Positions 40,731 to 51,586 of a stretch of DNA of 64,000 nucleotides are shown here, one piece after another (position 1 is the first letter of the stretch; each line of letters starts with the position of its first letter). This stretch comes from an uncultured Chthonomonadaceae bacterium (GTDB taxonomy: Bacteria; Armatimonadota; Chthonomonadetes; Chthonomonadales; Chthonomonadaceae). Made by a program: the position numbers and the translations under genes. Where the stretch lies: assembly GCA_963817895.1 (NCBI GenBank), contig CAWFQB010000002.1, positions 576,001 to 640,000 of the forward strand. Reading direction: 5' to 3'. The notes beneath the pieces were generated by a model. That model saw only the letters and a list, made by a program, of their open reading frames with translations. It ran no database searches and was not told where the DNA came from.

Positions 40731-40804
40731 GTAAGAGCCGCGCGATTTATTCCCTGGTTGCTGACGCTATTTGAAGCAGATGACTGCAAAAAGTAAACAT
40801 TGGT

Positions 40805-40966
40805 TCATCGGCGCATCTCGGAAATGACGTCTGTTACAGAAAGCCCTTCCGGCCAGACTTTGCTGAGTTCATCTGCAAGTTGTTGGCGCTCTTTCTCCCA
40901 ATATGCTTGCGTGGTTTTCAAGCGTTGACGCGGTTCTTTAATCTCTTTGGAAGTTGTTTCTGCCAT
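40805..40966 (-). CDS. Small hypothetical protein
   Basis: MAETTSKEIK...WPEGLSVTDVISEMRR; resembles antitoxin C-termini. Confidence 0.45.
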   Translation of the reverse strand: MAETTSKEIKEPRQRLKTTQAYWEKERQQLADELSKVWPEGLSVTDVISEMRR

Positions 40967-41065
40967 AACTGAAGTATACTTGGAATCCAACATAGAATGG
41001 TATAGGCTGGTATAATGAACCTGTCTCTGAAAATGTAATCTCCTCGTTGAAGGGCAATCACTACC

Positions 41066-41842
41066 TTGCAGCCGGAAATTTCCTTATTTGATGGCAAAGT
41101 CTGTTCTCGCTGCAAGATTTGGCAGCCGTTCTGTAACTATTCCAAAGACAGTCAGAAGCTGGATGGTTTAAGGTACTTTTGTAAGACTTGCCGCAAGAAG
41201 GATAAGACGGATCCCGCTTATACAAAGGCTTACAACGAAGCGAACCCTGAAATTCGTAAAGCCGCGATGAAGAAATGGGCGGACGCGCATAAAAGTGAAC
41301 GCAATGAGTATAATCGTCAACGTTACCAAAATCCGAAGATAGCAGAGAAACTGCTTAACAGGGTTAAGAAGTATGCTGCTGCGCACAGGGAAGAACGCCT
41401 TCGATATGGCAGAAAATGGCGTGATAACCACAAAACCTTGATTGCGCAAAATCATAAGTCTTATTATCCGGGCTATTACTTCGCGCTAAAAGCATCGCCG
41501 GAAGAAGTTCGTAGGCTGTTGCCGAAATTCAAACATGCTTCTGATGCTGCAATACTGGATTGGCAGCATCGTCATAAAACGCAGGCTCGTCATCGAAAGT
41601 ACGCTTATCGCTCAAGGAGGCAATCCACCGATGGTAAGTTTACTAATCAAGAGTGGCAAGCATTATGCGTGGAGTTTGGGAGGCGCTGTCTTCGTTGTGG
41701 GGGACATGATGATCTGACAGCAGATCACATCATTCCACTCGTCTTGGGCGGCAGCAACGATATTTCAAATATTCAGCCACTTTGTAGATCATGCAATAGT
41801 TGGAAAAACAAAAGAACCATTGATTTTCGGAACATTGTTTAG
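41066..41842 (+). CDS. HNH endonuclease with N-terminal zinc finger (phage-like architecture)
   Basis: CSRCK...DGLRYFCKTC; K/R-rich linker; CLRCG...DHIIPLVLGGSNDISNIQPLCRSCNSWK. Confidence 0.85.
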   Translation: MQPEISLFDGKVCSRCKIWQPFCNYSKDSQKLDGLRYFCKTCRKKDKTDPAYTKAYNEANPEIRKAAMKKWADAHKSERNEYNRQRYQNPKIAEKLLNRVKKYAAAHREERLRYGRKWRDNHKTLIAQNHKSYYPGYYFALKASPEEVRRLLPKFKHASDAAILDWQHRHKTQARHRKYAYRSRRQSTDGKFTNQEWQALCVEFGRRCLRCGGHDDLTADHIIPLVLGGSNDISNIQPLCRSCNSWKNKRTIDFRNIV

Positions 41843-41847
41843 GAAGG

Positions 41848-42183
41848 ATGAAGACAATGCCTAGCGTAGTTGAAGAGCGTCGTATTGGTGTCATAGATTT
41901 GCCGGAAACGGATGTGCCGCCGACCGATGGCGGATTGGAGCATACGCCGGATGATACGGGAAGCGATTTCGGCAGATGCCCGGTGTGCCAGAAGCCGCTT
42001 CGCCCACACGACCCAAATACCGGTGAGCCGCGAACGCCGCCCGTCGGCAAAGGGTTTTCCAGCCGCGCCAAATGCGGCGGGTGTGGCACGATTTTGTACT
42101 ACAAGGGTGACAAAGAGTGGGGCATCCTCCTGGACAGCGACCTGTCCGACGAAGACCGCGCCCTTGATAAACTCCGCTGGTAA
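41848..42183 (+). CDS. Hypothetical protein with CxxC...CxxC zinc ribbon
   Basis: CPVC and CGGC motifs; purine-rich RBS-like sequence upstream. Confidence 0.65.
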   Translation: MKTMPSVVEERRIGVIDLPETDVPPTDGGLEHTPDDTGSDFGRCPVCQKPLRPHDPNTGEPRTPPVGKGFSSRAKCGGCGTILYYKGDKEWGILLDSDLSDEDRALDKLRW

Positions 42184-42386
42184 GCAGGAATATTGGTTTT
42201 CCGCGCGGAACAAGCGCTTCATGTAACATTTCCCCTGCTAACAATCTCTAAGAACCTGCTTTCCATACGTTCCCCTTCTCCCAGTATTGGGAGAAGGGGT
42301 CAGGGATTGAGGGCTATAGGAAACATTTTGAACTCATTCGCTGCGTTTTCAGGCGCAGCCACTCGGCGCGATGAGGAGATACAATT

Positions 42387-43721
42387 ATGCCGGACAACAA
42401 ACGAATAGATCGGCGCGGGTTTTTGAAGAGCGCGGCAACTGTGGGAGCGGGTATCGGCCTGTTCCACATTGTTCCCGCGTCCGCAATGGGGCGCAACGGC
42501 AAGACCGCGCCCTCGAACCGCGTGGTTATGGGCTGCATCGGACTTGGGGGGCAGGGTTCGGGGAATATGGGCGCGTTCCTCGGCCAGCCGGACACGCAGA
42601 TTATCGCTGTCTGCGACGTGGACCTGAACCATCTCAATGGCGCGCAGCATACTGTCAACGACCACTACAAAACAATGGACTGCACCGCCTACCACGATTT
42701 CCGCGAACTGCTGGCCCGCAAGGACATTGATGCCATTTCCCTTGCCACGCCCGACCACTGGCACGCCGTTCCCGCGATTATGGCGCTGAACGCGGGCATG
42801 GACGTGTACGGCGAAAAACCTATTTCACACTGCCTGATGGAGGGCCGCTACATGGCCGACGCGCAGAAGAGAAACGCGCGTATCTGGCAAACGGGAAGCT
42901 GGCAGCGCTCGCAAGACAACTTCCGCAAAGCCTGCGAGTTGGTACGCAACGGACGAGTGGGCAAGGTTGTTCGTATCGAAGTGGGATTGCCCACCGGCAG
43001 CCCGCATGGGCCTGTCACCTTCAAAGACGCGCCTCCCGAACTGGATTACGAGTTCTGGGTCGGGCCATCGCGTATGCAGCCGTACTGCGACGAGCGGACG
43101 CACTGGAACTGGCGCTGGCAGCTTGATTACGGTGGCGGTCAAATGATGGACTGGATCGGCCACCATGCCGACATCGCCAACTGGGGCATGGGATGGGACA
43201 GCTACGGCCCGTCCGAAGTGGAGGGCAAGGGCGAGTACCCGACCGAAGGCATCTGGAACGCGGCCACCACCTACCATGTCGTTGCCAAATACAAAGCGCA
43301 TGGTCCTGTCGCGCATCCAAACGGCGTGGAATTGCACGTCGCCAACGACGGCAACGCGAACATCCGCAGCGGAACCAAATGGATTGGCGAAGACGGCAGT
43401 TGGGTGTGGGTAGACCGGGGCGGCTTCGACGCCAGCCAGAAGGGTTTGTTGCAGGAGCGTATCAGCCCCAATGAGGTACAACTGTACCGCAGCCCCGGCC
43501 ATCAGCGCGAATTCGTGGATTGCGTGAAAACCCGGCATCAGCCCCTCGCCCCGGCGGAAACCGCGCACCGCGCCGCGTCCATCGGGCATTTAGGCCAGAT
43601 TGCCATGCTGTTGGGCCGCAAAATACGCTGGAACCCGGAAACCGAAACCATTGCCGACGATCCCGCCGCCACCCGCATGTTATCCACACCCATGCGCTCT
43701 CCGTGGCATTTAGAAGCGTAG
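42387..43721 (+). CDS. Gfo/Idh/MocA family oxidoreductase, Tat-exported
   Basis: DRRGFLK Tat motif; IGLGGQG; ATPDHWH; YGEKP; QTGSWQRS. Confidence 0.93.
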   Translation: MPDNKRIDRRGFLKSAATVGAGIGLFHIVPASAMGRNGKTAPSNRVVMGCIGLGGQGSGNMGAFLGQPDTQIIAVCDVDLNHLNGAQHTVNDHYKTMDCTAYHDFRELLARKDIDAISLATPDHWHAVPAIMALNAGMDVYGEKPISHCLMEGRYMADAQKRNARIWQTGSWQRSQDNFRKACELVRNGRVGKVVRIEVGLPTGSPHGPVTFKDAPPELDYEFWVGPSRMQPYCDERTHWNWRWQLDYGGGQMMDWIGHHADIANWGMGWDSYGPSEVEGKGEYPTEGIWNAATTYHVVAKYKAHGPVAHPNGVELHVANDGNANIRSGTKWIGEDGSWVWVDRGGFDASQKGLLQERISPNEVQLYRSPGHQREFVDCVKTRHQPLAPAETAHRAASIGHLGQIAMLLGRKIRWNPETETIADDPAATRMLSTPMRSPWHLEA

Positions 43722-43844
43722 ACAAAGTGGAGAGTGAAGAGTGAGAGTGAAGAGTGAGAGTGAGAGTAAATGCTTGTTCTCTCACTCTCACTTAGCACTT
43801 TCACTACATTCTACTCTCACTCTCACTTCCCCAAAGGACCAAGC

Positions 43845-45902
43845 ATGAAGCCGACCCGTAGAATCGCGACCGCGTTGACGCTGCTCGCGCTGGGCGCGGG
43901 CGCCGCCGTTGCCACGCGCGCCGGAGCGCAGACCGCCCCGCAAGATGATCCCTTCGAGAAACTCAAAACCTACGATTTTCAGAGCCGGGGGCCGGTCGAG
44001 GCCATCCGCAACCTGATTGACCAATCCGTCACGGATAAAACCGCCACTTCGCAGATCGAGCAGAAACTGGACGCGGTTCTGGACGATCCCGCCGCCACGT
44101 TTGCCGGCAAACAGGAGGCCGCCCGCTTTCTGTGGGTAATCGGTTCCGGCAGAAGCGTGCCGTCACTGGCAAAAATGCTTGCTGATGACAAACTGGCCGA
44201 TGTCGCCCGCTACGCATTGGAGCGCAACGCCGATCCGGGCGCGGCCAAAGCGTTGCGCGAAGCGGTCACGACAACGAAAGACAAAACGCGCATTGGCGTT
44301 ATCAACTCTCTGGGCAACCGGGGGGATGCGGACGCCGTACCCGTCCTGAAGCCGCTGGTGGCCTCTTCCGACACAACAGTTTCAGAAGCGGCTATTATGG
44401 CGCTTGGCAAAATCGGAACCCCTGCCGCTGTATCCACTCTTCGCGCCCTGCCGCCCGACAACACGCAGGCCGGACGGGCGATGATTCGCGCGGCGGAACG
44501 GCTGGCGGCAAGCGGCAAAAAATCCGATGCGCAGAAATTATACGAGGGGTTGGCGGGAGAAAGCCGTCCTAATGTGATTCGGGCGGGAGCCGTTCGCGGA
44601 TTAGCGGCGATGCAGTCGCCCCGCGCTGTTGCCGTATCACTGTCCGCGTTGAAATCTTCTGACACCTATTTGCAGCAGGTGGCCGCACAGGTTTTGGGCC
44701 AGTTGAATACGCCCGCCGCCACTGCGGAAGCCGAAGCCGCGTGGCCTACCCTGCCGCCTGCCGCGCAAACCGTGCTGCTGACGGCGTGGGCGGACCGCAA
44801 CGAAACGAGCGCGGGCGCGTTAGCGCTGCTGGCAACCGAAAGCGCTGATCCTGCCGCGCGTCAGGCGGGCATTTATGCCAGCGGACGTATCGGAGGCGTG
44901 AAAGCCGTGCCGCGCCTTGCGGACATTGTGGTACATGGGCAGGGCGGGGATCGCAACAGCGCGCGGGAAGCCTTAGCAGGCATGTCGGGCGCGGACGTGG
45001 ATACCTCCATTCTGCAACTGGCGCAGAACGGTTCGGCGGACGCGCGCGGAGCGATGCTGAACATTCTGGCGGATCGCCCGACCCCAACCACGCGGGCCGC
45101 CCTGCTCAACGCCGCCAAAGGCAGTGATTCTCGCGTTGCGGTTCAATCCCTCCGCGCATTAGGACGTATCGGAAGCGCGGCTGAGTACCCGGAACTGATT
45201 CAATTAACGGTCACAACGTCGAATGATGACGCGCGGGACGCGGCACGGGACGCGGTTGTATCCATCAGCGGGCGCGTAGGCAATGGCGAACAGGCCGCAG
45301 CACCGGTTCTGGCGGCGTATGCGGGCGCGTCCTCACAGGGCAAATCCGCTCTTCTGCCCGTGCTTGCCAACATCGGCACGGATCGCGCTTTGGCCGAACT
45401 GACGAACGCGACAAAATCTGGGGACGCGGGCGTGAAGCAGTCCGCTGTCACAGCCCTTGCCGAAACATGGGCTGATACGCGCCCACTGCCCACACTGCTG
45501 AATATCGCGTCCACCGACAGCGATAAATCCCTGCGCGTACAGGCGTTGCGCGGGTATCTGCGCCTTGTGCAGCAGGACGAGCGCATGGGGAGTGTGGAGA
45601 AAGTCGGTCGCGTGGGTCAGGCGTTGCAGACCGCGCAACGTCCCGAAGAGAAGCGACAGGCGCTCAATATCCTGCGCGATGTTCGCGTGACGCAGGCGGT
45701 AGAGTTAAGCGCGAAGTATCTGGACGACCCGGAGGTATTTTCGGACGCGGCGAACACCGTGATTTACCTCGCAGGCCCACAGCGCAGAAACAACCGTAAT
45801 CTGCCTGCGGTCAAGGGATCGGCCACAACCGCCGCGCTGACCAAGGTGATTGAAATGACCAAAGACGACAATCAAAAGGCGCTGGCGCAAAGCCTCCGGT
45901 GA
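43845..45902 (+). CDS. HEAT repeat domain protein with signal peptide
   Basis: Repeated ALG.IG/A..AL HEAT-like motifs; N-terminal signal peptide. Confidence 0.85.
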   Translation: MKPTRRIATALTLLALGAGAAVATRAGAQTAPQDDPFEKLKTYDFQSRGPVEAIRNLIDQSVTDKTATSQIEQKLDAVLDDPAATFAGKQEAARFLWVIGSGRSVPSLAKMLADDKLADVARYALERNADPGAAKALREAVTTTKDKTRIGVINSLGNRGDADAVPVLKPLVASSDTTVSEAAIMALGKIGTPAAVSTLRALPPDNTQAGRAMIRAAERLAASGKKSDAQKLYEGLAGESRPNVIRAGAVRGLAAMQSPRAVAVSLSALKSSDTYLQQVAAQVLGQLNTPAATAEAEAAWPTLPPAAQTVLLTAWADRNETSAGALALLATESADPAARQAGIYASGRIGGVKAVPRLADIVVHGQGGDRNSAREALAGMSGADVDTSILQLAQNGSADARGAMLNILADRPTPTTRAALLNAAKGSDSRVAVQSLRALGRIGSAAEYPELIQLTVTTSNDDARDAARDAVVSISGRVGNGEQAAAPVLAAYAGASSQGKSALLPVLANIGTDRALAELTNATKSGDAGVKQSAVTALAETWADTRPLPTLLNIASTDSDKSLRVQALRGYLRLVQQDERMGSVEKVGRVGQALQTAQRPEEKRQALNILRDVRVTQAVELSAKYLDDPEVFSDAANTVIYLAGPQRRNNRNLPAVKGSATTAALTKVIEMTKDDNQKALAQSLR

Positions 45903-45964
45903 GCAGGGAGGAAAGCCTTCTGATTGTTTCTTATCACAGCAACGGTCGGCTCCAGGCTCCACGC

Positions 45965-46010
45965 CTAAAACAAAGTAGGGACACAACATTGTGTCCCTAC
46001 TTTGTTTTAG
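45965..46010. terminator. Perfect 22-bp hairpin between convergent genes with a GTAG-REP core (probable bidirectional terminator)
   Basis: ctaaaacaaagtagggacacaa/ttgtgtccctactttgttttag; core repeated at 58640-58667. Confidence 0.7.
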
Positions 46011-46043
46011 TTGAACGATACTGGTATTAGACTGAAAGGGTTT

Positions 46044-46775
46044 TCAGCCTGAAACCAGATTTGCTTTGCCGGTTTGCAGATCGTAGATTGCGCCGGCAAT
46101 TTTTACATGTCCCTGCCGCACATGCTCGGCCACAATCGGTTTGAGCGCGCGCAGTTGTTCCATGCCAAGCTGCACATTGGCGCGGATGGCGTTTTCCAAC
46201 ATATCGCCAGGCGCGTGTTCCACTTTGGCGACAGCGGGTTCGATCATGTGGACAAGGCTGGTAATAGAACCGGGCAGGCTGTGCTTGTCATGGTGATACT
46301 GCACAGCCGCGCGGACAGCCGCGCACTGGCTATGACCTAAAATCATAACGAGGGGTACGCCAACCTGTTCCACCGCAAATTCCACACTGGCTTTTATCAC
46401 GGCTCCCGCGCTGTTGACCACATTGCCCGCCACCCGAATCACAAACAGGTCGCCAATCCCCATGTCGAACAGAATTTCCGGCGGAACCCGCGAGTCGGCG
46501 CAGCCGATCACGGCAGCAAGGGGTTTTTGCCCCGCTGCCACCGCCTTGAAATCTTCGGGACGGGCGCGCGGATGCCGCAGTTCCCCCTTTACAAAACGCG
46601 CGTTGCCGTCCATCATCTCTTTCAAAGCGTCGTCCGCGCTCATGCGGGGCTGCGGTCGGGGCGTGGCGGGCGGCGTTTGCGCGTCCGCGTCAGAAGCGGC
46701 ATTGCCAAGCGTCCAACTCAGCAGCGCGGCCCCGGAAACCTGCGTAAACTCGCGGCGGGAAAAACGTGAAGGCAT
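46044..46775 (-). CDS. Beta-class carbonic anhydrase, Tat-exported
   Basis: SRREF Tat motif; CADSRVPPE; RVAGN; GHSQCAAV. Confidence 0.93.
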   Translation of the reverse strand: MPSRFSRREFTQVSGAALLSWTLGNAASDADAQTPPATPRPQPRMSADDALKEMMDGNARFVKGELRHPRARPEDFKAVAAGQKPLAAVIGCADSRVPPEILFDMGIGDLFVIRVAGNVVNSAGAVIKASVEFAVEQVGVPLVMILGHSQCAAVRAAVQYHHDKHSLPGSITSLVHMIEPAVAKVEHAPGDMLENAIRANVQLGMEQLRALKPIVAEHVRQGHVKIAGAIYDLQTGKANLVSG

Positions 46776-46776
46776 C

Positions 46777-48255
46777 CTAATTCTCCTCTATGTAATACTT
46801 GTCAGGCTGCGTTTGAATACTGGGCTGTCCGTCAATGTTGAGGACAAGCACGGACGCGCTTGAATCCGGCAGATGATCGGGCAGGCGCAGGGTTACGCCG
46901 TATTTGGTTTTCTTGACCGGAACGGCTTTGCGTGAAGGGTCGGCTAGAAAGTACGCGGACGTGATTTTGTTTTGCAGGCCGGGGAGGTCGAGCGTATCGC
47001 CCGGACGCTTGTACAGGTGCAGGTAGATTTTACCCGAATTGGCAGTACACGCGCCCCAATCGAATTTGCGGCTGCCGAAGGGACTCGGTGATGTACCGTA
47101 AATGGCTTCGCCGTTTGTTTTCAGCCATTCGCCCATGCCGATAAGCCGGTCCTGCATGATTACTGGAATTCGCCCGTCTGCTGTCGGCCCGATGTCGAGT
47201 AATAGATTGCCGCCCTGACTGACCATGCCGATAAGCAGGCGTATCAGTTCCGGCGTCGTCCGGTAATTGTCGTAATCCTCGTTGCGGTTGTAGCCGAAAC
47301 TGGCCCCGATGCCCCGGTTCTCTTCCCATTTATGCTGCGCAGTGGCGTCGGCCTTGAAATCCGTGAAGCCGCCATACTCGGTCGTATAATAGCCGCCGTG
47401 CTTGCCCCGCGTGTCGCTGCCCCACCGGTCGTTGATAACCACATCGTCGCCGGTTCCGCTGTCATTGTATAGCCACGCCATCAGTTCGGGCGTATGCCAT
47501 TCCGCCGACGTGTGTTCCCATTCCCCGTCCGCGAAAATAATGGACGGCTTGTAGCGCGTGACCAAATCCTTGAACTGCGGGAAGAAATGCTCGTCGCGAA
47601 AGCGGGCAAAATCGGATTTATAAAGGGGGTTGTACCACTCGTACAGCGAATAGTAGAAGCCCATTTTCAGCCCACGAGCGCGTACCGCCGCGCTCAAATC
47701 GCCTGCAAGGTCGCGATGCGGCCCCACTTCCACGCTGTTCCACGCCCGCCCCCAATCCCGCGTCGCCTCCCTGCTCGGCCACAGGCAAAATCCTTCGTGG
47801 TGCTTGGAGGTCAGGGCCACATATTTCGCGCCGCTGCGGGCAAACACGTCCGCCCACTGCTGCGGATTGAACAACTCGGCCTTGAACAGGGGCGCGAAGT
47901 TCTCATACGGAAATTCTTTGCCGTAATTTTGTTCGTGGAACTGCCGGGTCGGATTCTTGGGATCGTTGAGGTAGTTCCAGTACCATTCGGCATACGTGCC
48001 TTTTTTGCCCCACGACGGCACGGAATACACGCCCCAGTGAATGAAAATGCCAAACTTCGCATCTTTGTACCATTGTGGAATTGGGCGGCTGTCCAGCGAT
48101 GTCCAGTTCGCCTCGTACCTTTTGGCGTATTTTTTCACAGCGGCAGTTTTAGGGACGGGGACAATTTTGCCGTTTGCGGGCGCGGAGAAAGCGGGCGTTT
48201 GGGACCTTGCGCCGATCAGCAGCAACGCGGCAAGCAGGTTTCGAGCGTATTTCAT
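46777..48255 (-). CDS. Glycoside hydrolase family 29 alpha-L-fucosidase
   Basis: DAKFGIFIHWGVYSVP, TSKHHEGF, INDRWG, GNLLLDIGP. Confidence 0.93.
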   Translation of the reverse strand: MKYARNLLAALLLIGARSQTPAFSAPANGKIVPVPKTAAVKKYAKRYEANWTSLDSRPIPQWYKDAKFGIFIHWGVYSVPSWGKKGTYAEWYWNYLNDPKNPTRQFHEQNYGKEFPYENFAPLFKAELFNPQQWADVFARSGAKYVALTSKHHEGFCLWPSREATRDWGRAWNSVEVGPHRDLAGDLSAAVRARGLKMGFYYSLYEWYNPLYKSDFARFRDEHFFPQFKDLVTRYKPSIIFADGEWEHTSAEWHTPELMAWLYNDSGTGDDVVINDRWGSDTRGKHGGYYTTEYGGFTDFKADATAQHKWEENRGIGASFGYNRNEDYDNYRTTPELIRLLIGMVSQGGNLLLDIGPTADGRIPVIMQDRLIGMGEWLKTNGEAIYGTSPSPFGSRKFDWGACTANSGKIYLHLYKRPGDTLDLPGLQNKITSAYFLADPSRKAVPVKKTKYGVTLRLPDHLPDSSASVLVLNIDGQPSIQTQPDKYYIEEN

Positions 48256-48553
48256 GGCAGGCGCTCCTTTTGAGAATAGCATAGTATGCTTCATGTATTC
48301 GCGTATCATGGCCTGAACTCCTCTTACATGCAGGACAATAGCCACTTTTCACGACCTGCGCGACTATCCTTTACCCGTCGTTAAGCAATCCGCAACCCTT
48401 GTGCGACACAGGCAAGGATGCAACTTATTTTCATTGTTCGCCGTCATAGTGTGCGATACGGTTGTATTCTCCATACTTACGAACAGAGTTGACCGAAGGT
48501 GGGACTCTCACTCTCACTTGCCACTCTCGCTTTCTAAGCCCTGATACGAAATT

Positions 48554-49619
48554 ATGCAAATAATCACACCCCGGCAGTTGAGCAAACTGCTTCTAAACGT
48601 TGCCATGACGCGCACAGTTTTTATCTGGGGGCCGCCCGGCATCGGCAAATCCGCGCTTGTGGAACGGTTCGCCCGTGAGGTCGGGCTGGACTGCGTCTCC
48701 CTGCTCGGTTCGCAACTGGCCCCGGAAGACCTGATCGGCGTCCCGCGCATCGAAGATGGGCGTTCCGTGTTCTGCCCGCCGCGCATGATTGCCCGCGATG
48801 AGGCGTACCTGCTGTTCGTGGACGAACTCAACGCCTGCTCATTCGAGGTGCAAAAAGCGTTTTACAGCCTCATCAATGATCGGCGGCTTGGCGAGTACCA
48901 TCTTCCCGCCGGTTCCGTTGTCGTCGGGGCGGGCAACCGGGCGCAGGATCAGGCGATTGTGAAACCGATGTCGTCCGCCCTGATGAACCGGATGCTGCAC
49001 GTTGAATTGAAGCCGACCGCCCGCGACTGGCTGGATTGGGCGTATGCGCAGGGCATTCACGAGTGGATCATTCGTTACATCGAAACCCGCCCCGACCATC
49101 TGGCCGCGCCCGCCGCCCAAAACCGAAGAAACGTTCAGCACGCCGCGCTCATGGCATATTCTGAGCGACGCCCTGCTCGCTTACGGTTCCGAGGTCAACG
49201 CCGGACGAGATCGAAATGCTGGCGTCCGGCTGTCTGAGCGGCAGCCATGCCCGCAGTTTCGGCGCGTTCATCAAGCAGTTGATGGGAACCCTGCGCATCG
49301 AGAAAATACTGTCCGGCGAACAGCCGCTTTGCCGCGTTCCGCCGAAGACCGGGACGTGTTGTATTTCATTGTGCAGTCCATTCGCGCCCAACTCGCCAAA
49401 ACCCTGCCGCCCGAACGCGACGATGTCCGCCCCGCCCACCGCCAGATGGTCACGCAGGCCAAGCGCGTGTTGGTAGACCTGTGCGACATCAGCGTGGAAA
49501 TGGCGACGGTCATGGTAGCCGAAGAGATGGGCGAATCCGCCCGCAACCTGCCCGCGTGGTTTCTGGTGGAAGTGGTACGCGACCTGCCCCGTCTCGCGCA
49601 GCGCGTAGCGGTAAAATAA
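48554..49619 (+). CDS. MoxR-like AAA+ ATPase (AAA_5), with apparent frameshifts (~49110, ~49200, ~49335)
   Basis: GPPGIGKS Walker A, LFVDELN Walker B, AGNR, TPRSW in the shifted frame. Confidence 0.85.
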
Positions 49620-49681
49620 GGGGGCAGGATTCAGGATTCAGGGGTCAGGCGTAATCCACAATCAAAAATCGTCAATCAAAA

Positions 49682-51568
49682 ATGAACAAAGAACGGAAGC
49701 AAAAAGAACAGCATAAGGAAGACCGACTGACGCGGACGCGGCAGCGGATACGGGGCGCGTGTTCGCAATTGCACAAGTCCGTGCTGTCGCCACTGCTTGC
49801 CAATGTCACGCTGTCGGAATGTGACGAGTCGGACAGTGACGTTGCCATCGGGGGCGTATCGCCGTCGAGTAATGCGCTGTGGGTCAATCCGCATCGGCGG
49901 CAGGAGTTGGGCGAGGCGGAATGGACGTTCATTCTCGCGCATCTGCTGCTGCATCTTGGGTTGGGACACGAGGCGGCATTGCCCGATAAACACGCCCTGC
50001 TGTGGACGCTGGCCTGCGAACACGCTTCAGACAATCTGGCCGCGTCCCTGCATCTGGGACGCGCGCCCCACGATTACGGCGTGGATACCGCCTTTGCGGG
50101 CATGACGGAAAACACTATTTACGACCTGCTTGCCAACGACAAACGCGCCCTTGCCAATGTGAAAACGTATGCGGGCGCAGGCCGTTCCGACATCATACGC
50201 CGCGAACCCCGTTCCGGCGTATCCCGTTCCATCGGCGAGTTGTATCAAACAGGCGGCAAGCGGCGCGATTACGAAATGCTGCTGGCGGAAGGCATCCGCA
50301 TGGGCGTGGAACGGGCGGTCGAGGAGGCGGCGGACACATTGGGGCAGGCAACGGAAGACCGAACCAAAACATGGCGCCCGCTTGAAAACGCGAAACGCTG
50401 GGTGATGAACGAGCTTCCGCTGCTGGGGGCATTGGCGGCGCAGTTGCGCGTGATTGCCGATGGCGCGATGTGCGACCGCATGGACATACCCGTCGCGGCG
50501 GTCAATGCGGGATTAGGCGAAATCTATTTTCATACCGGGCGCGGATTGTCGCAGGAGGAGGTATTGTTCGTGTACGTTCACGAACTGCTGCACGTCGCGC
50601 TTCTGCACCATGCCCGCTTACAGGGCCGTGACCCCTATCTTTGGAATCTAGCGGCGGATTTTGTCATCAACGGCTGGCTGGTGGAGATGGGCGTGGGGCA
50701 GTTCCCGCACGTCGGCGGCCTGTACGATCCGCGCTTGAAGGGCATGTCAGCCGAAGAAGTGTACGATCTGTTGGGGCGTGACCCGCGCAAATGCAAAGAA
50801 TCTGGTCGGCTTCGGCGGCAAAAAGGGCGACGTGCTGCTGGACGAGCGGCGCATCTACAAGGGCGAAGTGTCCACGCTGGACGACGTATACCGGCGGTGC
50901 ATGGCGTCGGGATTGGCGTGTCAGGGGTACGGGCGCGGCACGATGCCCGCCGGACTTGATCGAAGAGATCAAATCGCTGTTCACGCCGCCCGTGCCGTGG
51001 GATGTGGAACTGGCGCGGTGGATGGACGTCGCATGTTCCGATTGTGCGCGAAACCCTGCGCTCGTATGGACGGGCCAGTCGGCGGCAGGCGTCCACTCCC
51101 GATATTCCGCGCCCCGCCCGGTATGTGCCGCAGGAGTGGCGCGACGCCTGCACGTTCGGCGTGGTTTTGGATACGTCCGGCTCGATGGATCGGGAATTGT
51201 TGGGGCGGGCATTGGGCGCAATCGCGTCCTATGCCGAAGCCCGCGAAGTTCCTGCGGTTCGACTGGTCTTGTGCGACGCCGCGCCGTATGACCGGGGCTT
51301 TCTCTGCCCTACCGACCTGCGCGGCATATTCCCGGTTCAGGGGCGAGGAGGAACGGTTTTGCAGCCCGCCATCAACTACCTGCTCAACCGCCCGGACTTT
51401 CCCGGTTCCGCGCCCGTAATGATTATCACGGATGGCTGGTGCGAGGAGGAGTTGCTCGTGCCGCGCGACCATTGCTTTGTTATGCCGCGCAAAGGCTGGA
51501 AGGAGGGCGCAATGCCGCTAAGAACGTCCGCCCCCATCTTCCGCGTCCTCAAACCGGATCAGGAATAA
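49682..51568 (+). CDS. DUF2201 putative metallopeptidase plus vWA-like domain protein, apparent frameshifts ~50800-51040
   Basis: HELLHVALLH and WNLAADFVIN; C-terminal VLDTSGSM MIDAS, GRGGT, ITDG. Confidence 0.82.
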
Positions 51569-51586
51569 CGAATAGGCGAGTGTTTC

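Noticed and set aside
41066..42183. Prophage
   Set aside because: Only an HNH and a zinc-ribbon gene; no structural, terminase or integrase genes.
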